From NCBI GenBank assembly GCA_045545475.1, contig JAZQAZ010000031.1, positions 25,164-89,163 of the forward strand: a stretch of DNA of 64,000 nucleotides. Direction: 5' to 3'. The notes below the pieces were generated by a model, which did no database searches, was not told the origin of the DNA, and worked only from the letters and a program-made list of their open reading frames with translations. The translations under genes were made by a program, and so were the position numbers. Of the stretch, positions 9,374-19,148 are shown in pieces (within the stretch, counting starts at the first letter, position 1; the number at the start of each line of letters is the position of its first letter). This DNA is from Clostridia bacterium. Its GTDB lineage: Bacteria; Bacillota; Clostridia; CAKSNL01; HGM11501.

Positions 9374-10666
9374 TTAAGCCTCCTTTTTAGGATAAATAGC
9401 AGAAAGGACACACCTTTCGGGGTCAAGCTGATTGAGTCTTTCGCTGATTCCCTCATATGTTGCATTTCCTACAAATGAAGGATAGGTTAAAAGGTCAGCA
9501 TCCTTTGTGGCAAATCGGCAAAAAGCATTGGAAAAGCTTTCCTGCCTGTCAAATAAAGAAACAGATTTTCCGTAGCAAACACGTTTGGCTCGCTCAAAGG
9601 CTGCCTTATCTATACCCTCTTTCTTTAATAGATTAACTTCATCGCAAATGGCCTTGTATACGGCATCGGGGTCACGGCTTTCTCCCGAAAAAGCTGAAAA
9701 AGCATAGGTAAGCTCGCCTTCGTATGATGCATCAAATCCGTCACTTATGAGATTTTGTTCGTATAAGCTGTTATAAAGACGGCTGCCTCTGCCTGCGAGA
9801 ACTTCAAGAAGAATGGACATTTCGGCATCGGTTTTAACATAGTCATCGCCTTTGCCGGGAAGAGTGGTATCTTTGAATGCCACCACAAACTGAGGTGTTC
9901 CTATATCGTAATAGTCTTTGATTTCTTTTTTGGCAATATGAGGGGGTTCTTCCGGGAAATGATTTATTATTTCTCCCGGATTGCTGTCTGCTGAAATCAA
10001 ACGCTCAACATACTCTCCGACTTTGGTGGGGTTAACGGCACCTGTTGTAAAGAGTACCATGTTTGAAGGATGATAAAATGTGTTATAGCATTTATAAAGC
10101 TTTTCCTTTGTGATTTCGGAAATGGACTCAACCGTACCTGCAATGTCGATATTAACGGGATTTACATTATACATGGCACGAAGTGCATTAAAATATACGT
10201 TCCAGTCAGGCTCGTCCTCATACATTCTGATTTCCTGTCCTATTATGCCCTGTTCCTTTTCAACTGTCTCGTCTGTGTAGTAAGGATGCATGGTATAGTC
10301 AAGTAAAGATTCTAAATTTTCGTAGAAGTTGGATGCAGCAGAAAAAAGATATGCAGTCATGGTAAATCCGGTAAATGCATTGGCGTTTGCCCCGTAGGCG
10401 GAAAATTTGTCAAAAACATTGCTTCCGTCCTCCTGGTCAAACATTTTATGCTCCAGATAATGAGCAATACCGTCGGGGATTTTTGTAGGTTCTGTGTCCC
10501 CGGGAGCGGTAAAATGATTGTTAACAGAACCATATCTGGTGGCAAGAATTGCATAGCTTTTTGTAAAACCTGTTTTGGGAAGGACATAAACCTTAAGGCC
10601 GCTTTTATGCTCACCGACATATAAGGTTTCCTTCATATCGGAGTAATATTTTTCTGTAAAATACAT
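9374..10666 (-). CDS. M16 family zinc peptidase (YmfH-like, active subunit)
   Basis: Inverted zinc motif GIAHYLEHKMF, ANAFT, EQGIIGQEI. Confidence 0.9.
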   Translation of the reverse strand: MYFTEKYYSDMKETLYVGEHKSGLKVYVLPKTGFTKSYAILATRYGSVNNHFTAPGDTEPTKIPDGIAHYLEHKMFDQEDGSNVFDKFSAYGANANAFTGFTMTAYLFSAASNFYENLESLLDYTMHPYYTDETVEKEQGIIGQEIRMYEDEPDWNVYFNALRAMYNVNPVNIDIAGTVESISEITKEKLYKCYNTFYHPSNMVLFTTGAVNPTKVGEYVERLISADSNPGEIINHFPEEPPHIAKKEIKDYYDIGTPQFVVAFKDTTLPGKGDDYVKTDAEMSILLEVLAGRGSRLYNSLYEQNLISDGFDASYEGELTYAFSAFSGESRDPDAVYKAICDEVNLLKKEGIDKAAFERAKRVCYGKSVSLFDRQESFSNAFCRFATKDADLLTYPSFVGNATYEGISERLNQLDPERCVLSAIYPKKEA

Positions 10667-11919
10667 TATCTGTCAGCTCCTTTCAGGAAATAAATTGTCT
10701 TGGGAGCTATGCTTTTTCCTACTCTGACAACATCATCAACGGTAACTTTGTCAATTTTTTCTGCCAGAACTTCTCTTGAAAAGGTAATGTTCTGTGAAAT
10801 GGAAGAAAGGTAGAAAGATGCAATCGCTCCAACGGAATCTCCTGTTGCCTTAAGTGCATTAATAAGGGCTTTTTTTGAAACAGAAAGCTCGGTATCTGTT
10901 ATATCCCCTGTGGTCATTGATTTATGCTGAAGGAAAATTTCATCCCTGGCTTTTTCGAAATTTTTACTTTCAATGCCACTGGACACGATGATTATTCCTT
11001 TTGAGCGTTCGTAGGAACTTCCGGCATAATAAGCAAGAGAAAGCTTTTCCCTGACATTCATAAAAAGCTTGGAATGTGCACCGCCGCCAAAAATGGAGTT
11101 ATAAACCATTAATGCCGGATAATCCTCGCTTGAAGCTGAAGGAACCGGTGTTGTGAAGCCTATACAAAGTTTGCCCTGGGAAACTTCCATGTTTTCCGTA
11201 ACTGTGAATACATCATCGGGAACGGAGGGCTGAGTTACAGGATAGTTACCGTCTCTTTCCGGCAGGCGTAAAAGGCAGGATGAAATGATTTTTGAGGCAG
11301 CATCTTCATCAAAGTTTCCTACTATAAGAATATCTATTGGGGAGGTTTTGATTATATCAAGATAACGCTTTTCAAGATCGTCTGAGTTTATTTCATCTAG
11401 TTTGTCAGCATATCCGTTTTCGGGTACGGCATAGGGCGTGTTTTTATTCATTTCCTCTTTACACCTTGAAACAGAATAATGTCTTTTGTCATTCTTTTCG
11501 CTTTCTATAATGTCTCGAAGATGCTTTTTTTCGCTGCTTAAATATTCTTCGTTAAAGGGCAGAATGGGGTTAAGAGCTATGTCGGAAAGGAGATTTATTC
11601 CTCCGCTGAAACATTCTCCAAAAGGTGCAAAGCTGTCAGAAACTCCGCTTATCGAAAGGGAAAGAAGCTGGCTTTCTCCTTTTTTCTGAACGAAGGCGGA
11701 TAAAGATGCACCCATAAGCATATCAAGCTTTTCCGAAATTGCCGATTTTGAGGGATAGTTTTTGCTTCCTCTTTTAAGTATAAGAGGAATAAGTGCGTGC
11801 TCGGTGGCAGTGTCGGCATTAAGTGGGGTATGAAAATGAATGCCTGCATAATATGTCTTAAACTTTTTTTCGGGAAAAAGATAGAGGTTTATCCCGTTTT
11901 TAATTTCAATTTTTGTCAT
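10666..11919 (-). CDS. M16 family peptidase, inactive subunit (YmfF-like)
   Basis: KFKT, SKLFMNVREKLSLAYY; no HxxEH; coupled to YmfH-like gene. Confidence 0.88.
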   Translation of the reverse strand: MTKIEIKNGINLYLFPEKKFKTYYAGIHFHTPLNADTATEHALIPLILKRGSKNYPSKSAISEKLDMLMGASLSAFVQKKGESQLLSLSISGVSDSFAPFGECFSGGINLLSDIALNPILPFNEEYLSSEKKHLRDIIESEKNDKRHYSVSRCKEEMNKNTPYAVPENGYADKLDEINSDDLEKRYLDIIKTSPIDILIVGNFDEDAASKIISSCLLRLPERDGNYPVTQPSVPDDVFTVTENMEVSQGKLCIGFTTPVPSASSEDYPALMVYNSIFGGGAHSKLFMNVREKLSLAYYAGSSYERSKGIIIVSSGIESKNFEKARDEIFLQHKSMTTGDITDTELSVSKKALINALKATGDSVGAIASFYLSSISQNITFSREVLAEKIDKVTVDDVVRVGKSIAPKTIYFLKGADR

Positions 11920-11934
11920 AGAGTAGTCCTTTCT

Positions 11935-13044
11935 TTATCGCTGGCTTTCTCCGAGGCTTATGGCAAGGTCTGCCACATCGGAAGCGGAATTTGGATGAGC
12001 GTAGTGCTTTGCGAGTTCCTTCATGGAAGAAAGTATATTGCGGTTTTTGTTAAGACGGTATACTGCTTCTTCTAAGGGAAGGGAGCGGCTTACAGCAACT
12101 GCAAGGCCCGAGTTGAGCAGAAATTCTCTGTTTCTGGTTTCCTGACCGGGGATTGGCTCAACTAAAATCATGGGGAGGTGCTTTGAAAGGCTTTCGGAAA
12201 CAGAAAGTCCGCCTGGCTTTGTTATTATGAAGTCTGAAGCATCCATCATAATGTTTATATTGTCCACAAAACCATATGTATATACTTTATGTGAATACAC
12301 ACCGGAAGAAATTTCCTCGAAATTATTTTTGTTGTTTCCGCAGACACAAAGTATCTGAAAATCACCTTTGAGGGCGTCGATTTTCCTGATGAGTTCAGGC
12401 ACATTGCCGAATCCCATGCTGCCGGTCATGAAAAGGATGGTGTTTTTGTCTTCTATACCAAGAATATTTCTGGCTTCCCGACAAGGAATAATCTCCGAAA
12501 ACTTTTCCGAAATCGGAATGCCTAAAGGGAAAACTTTTTCTTCGGGTATATTTTTCTTCTGGCACTGATAGCCCAACAGTTCACTGGGAACCACATATGC
12601 ATCAAGGTTGCTCTTTTGCCAATAGGGGTGAACTGTGAAGTCGGTTATAATGCCTATTGTGGGAATATCACTGATTTTTTTGTGTTTCTTCGCAGACGTA
12701 AGCATTATCGCAGGGAAAACATGGGTGCAGATAAGGCAGTCGGGAGCGAAGTTATTTATATAATCGGAAACCTTTTTATACATGAGTTTCTGAGCTTCTT
12801 TGGTAAGACCTGAGCCAATTCCGTGTTCGTCAGCCATGCGGTAAAATTTCCCGTAAAGCTCGGGAATGTGCTTGGTGGACAAAAGATACCCTTTGTCAAT
12901 TGTTTCGCCCAGGGGAGAGAAAGCAAATTTATAAACATCCAATGTTTCTGCGGTATGTCCTTTTTTAACTAGGGCATCTGACAAAGCCTTTGCACATTTA
13001 TGATGTCCTTGTCCTGCGGTGACAGATAGAATTAAAAATCTCAT
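11935..13044 (-). CDS. Monogalactosyl/processive diacylglycerol glycosyltransferase (GT28, UgtP/MGDG synthase-like)
   Basis: GQGHH, CTHVFP, ITDF..HPYW, ITKPGGLS, PIPGQE motifs; start at ATG 13044 after AAAGGA. Confidence 0.88.
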   Translation of the reverse strand: MRFLILSVTAGQGHHKCAKALSDALVKKGHTAETLDVYKFAFSPLGETIDKGYLLSTKHIPELYGKFYRMADEHGIGSGLTKEAQKLMYKKVSDYINNFAPDCLICTHVFPAIMLTSAKKHKKISDIPTIGIITDFTVHPYWQKSNLDAYVVPSELLGYQCQKKNIPEEKVFPLGIPISEKFSEIIPCREARNILGIEDKNTILFMTGSMGFGNVPELIRKIDALKGDFQILCVCGNNKNNFEEISSGVYSHKVYTYGFVDNINIMMDASDFIITKPGGLSVSESLSKHLPMILVEPIPGQETRNREFLLNSGLAVAVSRSLPLEEAVYRLNKNRNILSSMKELAKHYAHPNSASDVADLAISLGESQR

Positions 13045-13083
13045 GATTTTATCCTTTCTCAAAATTAAATAAAATTATATGTA

Positions 13084-13110
13084 ACCAAAAATCGGCATTT
13101 CACATATTAT
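13084..13110 (+). promoter_or_regulatory. Possible sigmaK-type sporulation promoter
   Basis: AC(13084-85)-17 bp-CATATTAT(13103-10) matches AC-N16/17-CATAnnnT. Confidence 0.4.
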
Positions 13111-13173
13111 GTCATGGGAGCTTAAATAAAGCTCCTTAAGAGGAATATCCTCTTAAATAAAAGGAGGATTTTT

Positions 13174-13269
13174 ATGTTTTGCTCAAATAATAACAGCGGA
13201 TCATGGGTTATTATAATCCTTATTATAATCCTTTTATCCGGCACCGGCACATACGGCGGCTGTAACTGA
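13174..13269 (+). CDS. 31-aa single-TM peptide MFCSNNNSGSWVIIILIIILLSGTGTYGGCN (not in ORF track)
   Basis: AAGGAGG RBS, ATG 13174, TGA 13267-69; paralogous to the next peptide. Confidence 0.75.
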   Translation: MFCSNNNSGSWVIIILIIILLSGTGTYGGCN

Positions 13270-13358
13270 TTATAAGGCACCTGCCCGCTTTTTTGCGGGC
13301 AGGGAACGAAAAAATCTTCCCTGAAGCAATTGTTTCTTATTTTGAAAGGAGTTTTATT

Positions 13359-13490
13359 ATGTTTGGTTCAAACAACTGCGGATGTCTCTGGATTATTGTT
13401 CTTATACTTATTTTCTGTTGCTGCGGCACAGGCTGCAATACAGGAACAAATAACGGTGGCAACGACTGCAATTGCGGTTGCATCTGCTGA
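13359..13490 (+). CDS. 43-aa cysteine-rich single-TM peptide (10 Cys)
   Basis: AAAGGAG RBS before ATG 13359; MFGSNNCGCLWIIVLILIFCCCG...CNCGCIC. Confidence 0.75.
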   Translation: MFGSNNCGCLWIIVLILIFCCCGTGCNTGTNNGGNDCNCGCIC

Positions 13491-13504
13491 GAGAAAAATA
13501 TGGC

Positions 13505-13529
13505 AAGGCCGCTTATGCGGTCTTGTTTT
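13505..13529. terminator. Probable terminator between convergent genes
   Basis: AAGGCCGC-TTAT-GCGGTCTT followed by GTTTT. Confidence 0.55.
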
Positions 13530-14118
13530 ATTTTAAAATGCCACGTTGTTTAAGCTTATCGCACAGAGCAAAGAGAGCGTTTGCTCTGTGGCTGATTTTG
13601 TTTTTTTCTTCCAAGGAAAGCTCCGAAAAAGTTTTGCCGAGAGAGGGAACGTAGAAAACCGGGTCATATCCAAAACCACCGTTGCCTTTTTTTTCGTCAA
13701 TTATTTCGCCGGAACATTCACCTTCGGCGATTACAATATCATCTTCTGAGAAAGCGAGGGCGATTACGGATACAAACTTTGCTTTTTTATTTTCTTTTCC
13801 GGAAAGCTCTGAGTGAAGCTTTCCGATTAACTCGTCCTGAGTTGCACCTTCTCCTGCCCAGCGTGCAGAATATATTCCAGGAGCATCGGAAAGTGCCTCA
13901 ACGCAAAGGCCGGAATCATCTCCGATGGAGGGCATTTTTGTGATTCTATAGGTTTCGAGTGCTTTTTTGACTGCGTTTTCCGTAAAGGTGGTTCCGTCCT
14001 CTTCAACTTCAATTTCAAAGCCTGCTTCTTTTAAGGTTAATACCTCGAAATCGGAGCTTAAAAGGGCGGATAATTCTTTTACTTTTCCCTGGTTGTTTGT
14101 GGCCATTATAAGACGCAT
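13528..14118 (-). CDS. rdgB: Non-canonical purine NTP pyrophosphatase (XTP/dITP, Ham1 family)
   Basis: ATNNQGK, DDSGL, PGIYSAR, GFGYDP, KNKISHR. Confidence 0.95.
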   Translation of the reverse strand: MRLIMATNNQGKVKELSALLSSDFEVLTLKEAGFEIEVEEDGTTFTENAVKKALETYRITKMPSIGDDSGLCVEALSDAPGIYSARWAGEGATQDELIGKLHSELSGKENKKAKFVSVIALAFSEDDIVIAEGECSGEIIDEKKGNGGFGYDPVFYVPSLGKTFSELSLEEKNKISHRANALFALCDKLKQRGILK

Positions 14119-14133
14119 GGTATCATCCTTTCA

Positions 14134-14871
14134 TCATTTTAAAAGTGCCAGTTCGTTTTCTTTAAGCACGGCCTTTTGAGCATCGAAAAGGCGGGCTATG
14201 GATGCTGCTCCGAGTTCGAAAAGCTCGTCAAGCTCAGCTTTTTTATATGTGCCATGCTCTGCGGCTCCCTGGATTTCAACGATATTGAAGTCTCCGTCGA
14301 GGATTAAGTTCATGTCAACGTCTGCACGGCAATCTTCCTCATAGCAAAGGTCTGTCATTATTTCTCCGCCAACCTTACCGAGGCTTACTGCGGCAATCTG
14401 CGTTTTTACGGGATTTTCGGTTATAAGTCCTTCATCCATAAGCTTTGCTACGGCAATTAAGGTTGCAACAAAAGCACCTGTAATAGATGCGGTTCTTGTT
14501 CCGCCGTCCGCCTGGATTACGTCACAGTCAATCTGAATTGTACGTTCGCCTAATTTATCCATATCAAAGCCTGCTCTTATGCAGCGGCCGATAAGACGTT
14601 GTATTTCAGCACTGCGGCCGTTTAATTTAAGTTTTTGTATATCACGACTGTTACGTTCCGCCGTTGCTCCGGGGAGCATGGAATATTCTGCCGTTATAAA
14701 GCCTGAACCTGTATCCTTTTTGAAAGGCGGAACCTTTTCGTCAACGGATGCGGTAACTATTACCTTGGTTTCTCCAGTTTCTATTAAAACGCTGCCTTTG
14801 GCATATTTTGTAAAATCTCTTGTAATTTTAACATTTCTTGTTTCGTTTAAGCTTCTTCCGTCTGTTCTCAT
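14134..14871 (-). CDS. rph: Ribonuclease PH
   Basis: TAEYSMLP, GRSAEIQRLIGR, CDVIQADGGTRTASITG. Confidence 0.96.
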   Translation of the reverse strand: MRTDGRSLNETRNVKITRDFTKYAKGSVLIETGETKVIVTASVDEKVPPFKKDTGSGFITAEYSMLPGATAERNSRDIQKLKLNGRSAEIQRLIGRCIRAGFDMDKLGERTIQIDCDVIQADGGTRTASITGAFVATLIAVAKLMDEGLITENPVKTQIAAVSLGKVGGEIMTDLCYEEDCRADVDMNLILDGDFNIVEIQGAAEHGTYKKAELDELFELGAASIARLFDAQKAVLKENELALLK

Positions 14872-14998
14872 AGTTAACCTCCTTGGTGTTTATATATATT
14901 ATTGGTATCCTACAGTATATCATAAAAATGTCAAAAAGAAAAGCCTTTTTTGTTATCATAGTGATACTTTTTTGTGAATATTATGTGAAGAAAGGGGG

Positions 14999-17536
14999 AT
15001 GATCTCATTGATGTACCACAGCATGAAAAAAGAGGATGTTTTAAAAAAGCTTTCAACTGGTTTTTCCGGACTTACAGATGAAGAGTGCGGGAAAAGACTT
15101 ATATCTTACGGCAAGAATGTTATTGCGGGGAAAAAGAAAAAAGGAATAATCAGGCGTTTTTTATCGCAGTTTGCTGATTTTTCCATAATGGCACTGATTA
15201 TTGCTTCGGTTCTTTCCTATGGGGTATCACTTCTGGGAGGAGAAAACGATTTTACCGAACCTTTGATAATTCTTTCCATTGTCATAGTTAATGCAATTAT
15301 CGGAATTGTGCAAGAAAGCCGTGCCGATGCGGCAATAGAAGCCCTTAAAAGCATGATTGTGCCAAAGTGTACGGTTTTAAGAAACGGCATTAAGCAAACT
15401 GTGGATTCATCTCTTCTTGTTCCGGGCGATATAATATATCTGAAGGCAGGAGATAAAGCTACAGCGGATGCAAGGATACTTTCTTCATCTGCTTTTTCGT
15501 TGGACGAATCGGCTCTCACCGGAGAATCCTTGCCGGTTGAAAAGGGGGACTCGGTTTTAAGAGAAGATACGCCTCTTTCCGAGCGGACAAACTGCATTTA
15601 TTCTTCCGCTCTTGTCAGTAGCGGACACGCCATGTGTGTGGTCACGGAAACGGGAATGAACACCGCTGTGGGGCATCTTGCAACGATGATAAATGAAGAA
15701 AAGGAAGAAAAAACTCCGCTGGCTGAAAAGCTTTCAAAATCAGGTAAAGTAATGGCTCTTTCGGCCCTTTTTTGCTGCGTTCTTCTCTTTTTCATCGGAA
15801 TAGTTAAAAGGTATGATCCGCTCTTTATGTTTATGACGGCGGTGTCGCTGGCTGTGGCGGCGATTCCCGAAGGGCTTTCTGCCATAGTTACCGTTATGCT
15901 GGCACTTTCTGTATCGAAAATGGCAAAAAAGAAGGCGGTGGTAAGGAATTTATCAGCCGTAGAAACTTTGGGAAGTGCAACTTGCATATGCTCGGACAAA
16001 ACGGGAACATTAACAGAAAATAAGATGACTGTAAGGGAAATTACCGGAGATAAAGATTTGGTATTGAAACTTATGGCCATCTGTTCTGACGGAGAGGGAA
16101 ATCCTACTGAAAAGGCAATAATTGAAGCCTGCAAGGAAGATAAAAAAATTCTTGACGAAAATTATGACAGAGTGGACGAAATACCGTTTTCTTCAAAAAG
16201 AAAAAGAATGGTTACGGTAAACAGACTGCCTTCGGGATTAATGACACTGGTGAAAGGTGCATTTGATATTATTCTGCCCTTTTGCAGTAATATTTACGAA
16301 AACGGAAAAGTGAGAAGCATGTCTCCAAAGGATAGAGAAAAACTCAGAAAAAGCTGCGAGGATTTGGCTAAAAAAGGAAGACGGGTAATTGCTGTTGCGG
16401 CCAAGAAAACGTCCTCCCCCGACAAGAGCGAAGATAATCTTACGTTCATCGGCATGGTGGCACTTTCCGATCCTTTGCGGAAGGAGGCATATGGTGCGGT
16501 AAGGCTTTGCAGGAAGGCCGGAATAAGAGTTATTATGATAACAGGAGACCATAAGAGTACGGCTATGGCCGTTGCTGAGGAACTTTCCATTGCAAAGGGC
16601 GGAGTTCTCACAGGGGAAGAAATTGATGATTTAAGCGAGGAGGAGTTTATGCGAGCCCTGTCCAAAGTATCTGTTTTTGCAAGAGTATTGCCCGAGCATA
16701 AGGTAAAGATAGTCAGGGCACTTAAGAGGCAGGGACACATTGTGGCGATGACAGGTGACGGAGTGAACGATGCTCCGGCCTTATCGTCGGCGGATATTGG
16801 CTGTGCCATGGGTAAAAGCGGAACGGAAGTTGCAAGATCATCTGCCGATATGGTTTTAACTGATGATAATTTTGCAACTATAGTTGAAGCGGTAAGCGAG
16901 GGAAGAATTCTTTTTGATAATATAAAAAACGCAATACATTTTCTTCTGTCTTCAAATATCGGAGAGGTATTTCTGATGATGGCGGGATTTTTAATGGGAA
17001 AGGGAGCTATTCTTTATCCCGTGGAGCTTTTGTGGGTTAACTTAATAACCGATTCGCTTCCTGCAATCTCTTTGGGAATGGATAAAGGCGACGGAGAGAT
17101 AATGAAGAGAAAACCCAGAAATCCGCAAAAAGGTTTCTTTGCGGACGGATTGTTCGGGCAGATTATTTTGGAAGGATTGCTTATAGGCGTTACGGCTTAT
17201 GCGGCATTTGTTTACGGCTCGACAAGAGTTGGCGGAGGAGAAGCACTCGGACGCAGCATGGCGTTTTGTACCCTAAGCATTTCTCAGCTGATTCACGCCT
17301 TTTCCGTGAGAAGCGAAAGAAGCGTATTTTCTTCGGGAAGAAAGAAAAATGTATGGCTTATTGCGTCCTTTTTTATAGGTGTTTTCCTGCAATATCTCTC
17401 CTGCAGTGTTCCTTTTATGTGCAGGATTTTCAAAACGGTGAGTTTGTCTTTTCAGCATGCTTTGACAACCTTGCTTTTTGCACTTGTGCCTCTTGTGGCA
17501 TCGGAGGTTTCAAAGTTGACAAAGAAGGATTTTTGA
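14999..17536 (+). CDS. Cation-translocating P-type ATPase, Ca2+ (P2A/YloB-like); start may be ATG 15011
   Basis: TGES, PEGL, CSDKTGTLT, KGA, TGD, GDGVNDAP; LWVNLITD Ca-site residues. Confidence 0.92.
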   Translation: MISLMYHSMKKEDVLKKLSTGFSGLTDEECGKRLISYGKNVIAGKKKKGIIRRFLSQFADFSIMALIIASVLSYGVSLLGGENDFTEPLIILSIVIVNAIIGIVQESRADAAIEALKSMIVPKCTVLRNGIKQTVDSSLLVPGDIIYLKAGDKATADARILSSSAFSLDESALTGESLPVEKGDSVLREDTPLSERTNCIYSSALVSSGHAMCVVTETGMNTAVGHLATMINEEKEEKTPLAEKLSKSGKVMALSALFCCVLLFFIGIVKRYDPLFMFMTAVSLAVAAIPEGLSAIVTVMLALSVSKMAKKKAVVRNLSAVETLGSATCICSDKTGTLTENKMTVREITGDKDLVLKLMAICSDGEGNPTEKAIIEACKEDKKILDENYDRVDEIPFSSKRKRMVTVNRLPSGLMTLVKGAFDIILPFCSNIYENGKVRSMSPKDREKLRKSCEDLAKKGRRVIAVAAKKTSSPDKSEDNLTFIGMVALSDPLRKEAYGAVRLCRKAGIRVIMITGDHKSTAMAVAEELSIAKGGVLTGEEIDDLSEEEFMRALSKVSVFARVLPEHKVKIVRALKRQGHIVAMTGDGVNDAPALSSADIGCAMGKSGTEVARSSADMVLTDDNFATIVEAVSEGRILFDNIKNAIHFLLSSNIGEVFLMMAGFLMGKGAILYPVELLWVNLITDSLPAISLGMDKGDGEIMKRKPRNPQKGFFADGLFGQIILEGLLIGVTAYAAFVYGSTRVGGGEALGRSMAFCTLSISQLIHAFSVRSERSVFSSGRKKNVWLIASFFIGVFLQYLSCSVPFMCRIFKTVSLSFQHALTTLLFALVPLVASEVSKLTKKDF

Positions 17537-17567
17537 TATATAATTATTCAATACTGAGGTGATGCAA

Positions 17568-18473
17568 ATGAAAAAAATTTATAAACTTACGCCCGCATTT
17601 AAGGACGTCCTTTGGGGAGGAAAAAGTCTTAAGGATTTATACGGGAAAAATATTCCCACAGAAACTACAGGAGAGTCCTTTGAGGCTTCTGTGGTTAAGG
17701 GTTTTTGCAGTAAAACTGAGGAGGGGGATTTTAATCTTCTCACAGAAAATCCCGAAATGACAGGAAAGGGCGGCTTTAATCTTTTGTTTAAGCTTATTGA
17801 TGCAAGGGAAAAGCTCTCTGTCCAGGTTCATCCCGATAAGGCTGCTGCGGAATTTTTAGGTGGCGGAGAAAGTAAAACCGAATGCTGGTATGTACTCTCG
17901 GCAAAGGAGGGGGCTTTCCTTTACCTTGGATTTAAAGAAGGGGTTACTTCTGCGGAATTTAAGTCTGCATGCTATGATGGCGGAATGGAAAAACTCTTAT
18001 CAAAGGTTCCCGTTAAAAAGGGTGACTTTTTCTTTGTTCCCGCTAAAACCGTTCATGCCATAGGCGAAGGAATAGTAATTGCAGAGCTTCAGCAGTCAAG
18101 CGATACCACTTTCCGTGTGTATGACTATGAAAGACGGGATAAAAACGGTAATTTAAGAGAAATACACAGGGAAGAAGCCATTGCCACAGCTGAGGTTTTG
18201 CCTTATAAAAATGTGGAAAGAGAAAAGCTTTCGGATAAAAGAACACGTCTTTGCAAATGCGAGCATTTCCGCCTTGTTAAAGTTGTCGGAAGCGAAGAAA
18301 AGGAAACAACAACCGACCGCTATGCACTTATATTTTTCGAGGAAGGCTCTGCAGAAATCAGCTATAATGGAGGAACTGTTGAGGCAAAGGCGGGAGATAC
18401 CTTCTTTGTTCCTGCCGGCATCGGAGAATTTAATGTGGAAGGAAACTTCACTTATTTATATATGACAGAATGA
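17568..18473 (+). CDS. manA: Class I mannose-6-phosphate isomerase
   Basis: WGG, KLIDA..KLSVQVHP, KTECWY, HAIGEG, ELQQSSDTTFRVYDY. Confidence 0.9.
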   Translation: MKKIYKLTPAFKDVLWGGKSLKDLYGKNIPTETTGESFEASVVKGFCSKTEEGDFNLLTENPEMTGKGGFNLLFKLIDAREKLSVQVHPDKAAAEFLGGGESKTECWYVLSAKEGAFLYLGFKEGVTSAEFKSACYDGGMEKLLSKVPVKKGDFFFVPAKTVHAIGEGIVIAELQQSSDTTFRVYDYERRDKNGNLREIHREEAIATAEVLPYKNVEREKLSDKRTRLCKCEHFRLVKVVGSEEKETTTDRYALIFFEEGSAEISYNGGTVEAKAGDTFFVPAGIGEFNVEGNFTYLYMTE

Positions 18474-18483
18474 GGAGAAACTT

Positions 18484-19140
18484 ATGAAAGCAGTAATTTT
18501 TGACCTTGACGGAACGCTTCTTAATACCATTGACACCATTGCGTACTATGCGAATAAAGCGTTAGCTGATTTTGGATTTTCCACATTCCCAGTTGACCGC
18601 TATAAATATTTTGCAGGGAACGGTGCAGTTAAGCTTATAAGACGGGCACTTGAAGCAACCGGCGGATATACAGAGGAAGATTTTGACAAGGTTTTTAAAT
18701 ACTACAACGAAATATACAACGCAGATAGCTTATATCTTACACGTCCCTATGACGGAATCGTGGAAATGCTTAAAAAGCTTAAAGATGCAGGAATCAAAAC
18801 CGGTGTTATCTCAAATAAGCCGGACTTTGCAACGGTTGACGTTGTAAAGAAAGTGCTTGGTGATGAACTTATCGACATCTGCCACGGAGCAAGAGACGCT
18901 TTTCCCTTAAAGCCTGATCCCGCTTCTGCCCTGGATATTTTAGGGGAACTTAAAGGAGATAAGGCAAACTCCGCTTTTGTTGGGGATACTTCCGTTGATA
19001 TTGAAACCGGAAAAGCGGCGTCTTTACATACAATCGGAGTTAAATGGGGATTCAGAACAGAGGATGAGCTTAAAGGAGCCGGGGCGGAATTTATCATATC
19101 CCATCCAAAAGAGCTTTTTGATATAATCATTAGTTTATAG
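18484..19140 (+). CDS. HAD hydrolase (phosphoglycolate phosphatase-like)
   Basis: FDLDGTL, SNK, KPDP, VGDTSVD motifs. Confidence 0.9.
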   Translation: MKAVIFDLDGTLLNTIDTIAYYANKALADFGFSTFPVDRYKYFAGNGAVKLIRRALEATGGYTEEDFDKVFKYYNEIYNADSLYLTRPYDGIVEMLKKLKDAGIKTGVISNKPDFATVDVVKKVLGDELIDICHGARDAFPLKPDPASALDILGELKGDKANSAFVGDTSVDIETGKAASLHTIGVKWGFRTEDELKGAGAEFIISHPKELFDIIISL

Positions 19141-19148
19141 GTGATACC

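Noticed and set aside
13174-13490. Cys-rich peptides as RiPP/bacteriocin precursors
   Set aside because: No radical SAM, LanM, YcaO, peptidase-transporter or immunity gene nearby; central TM helix rather than a leader
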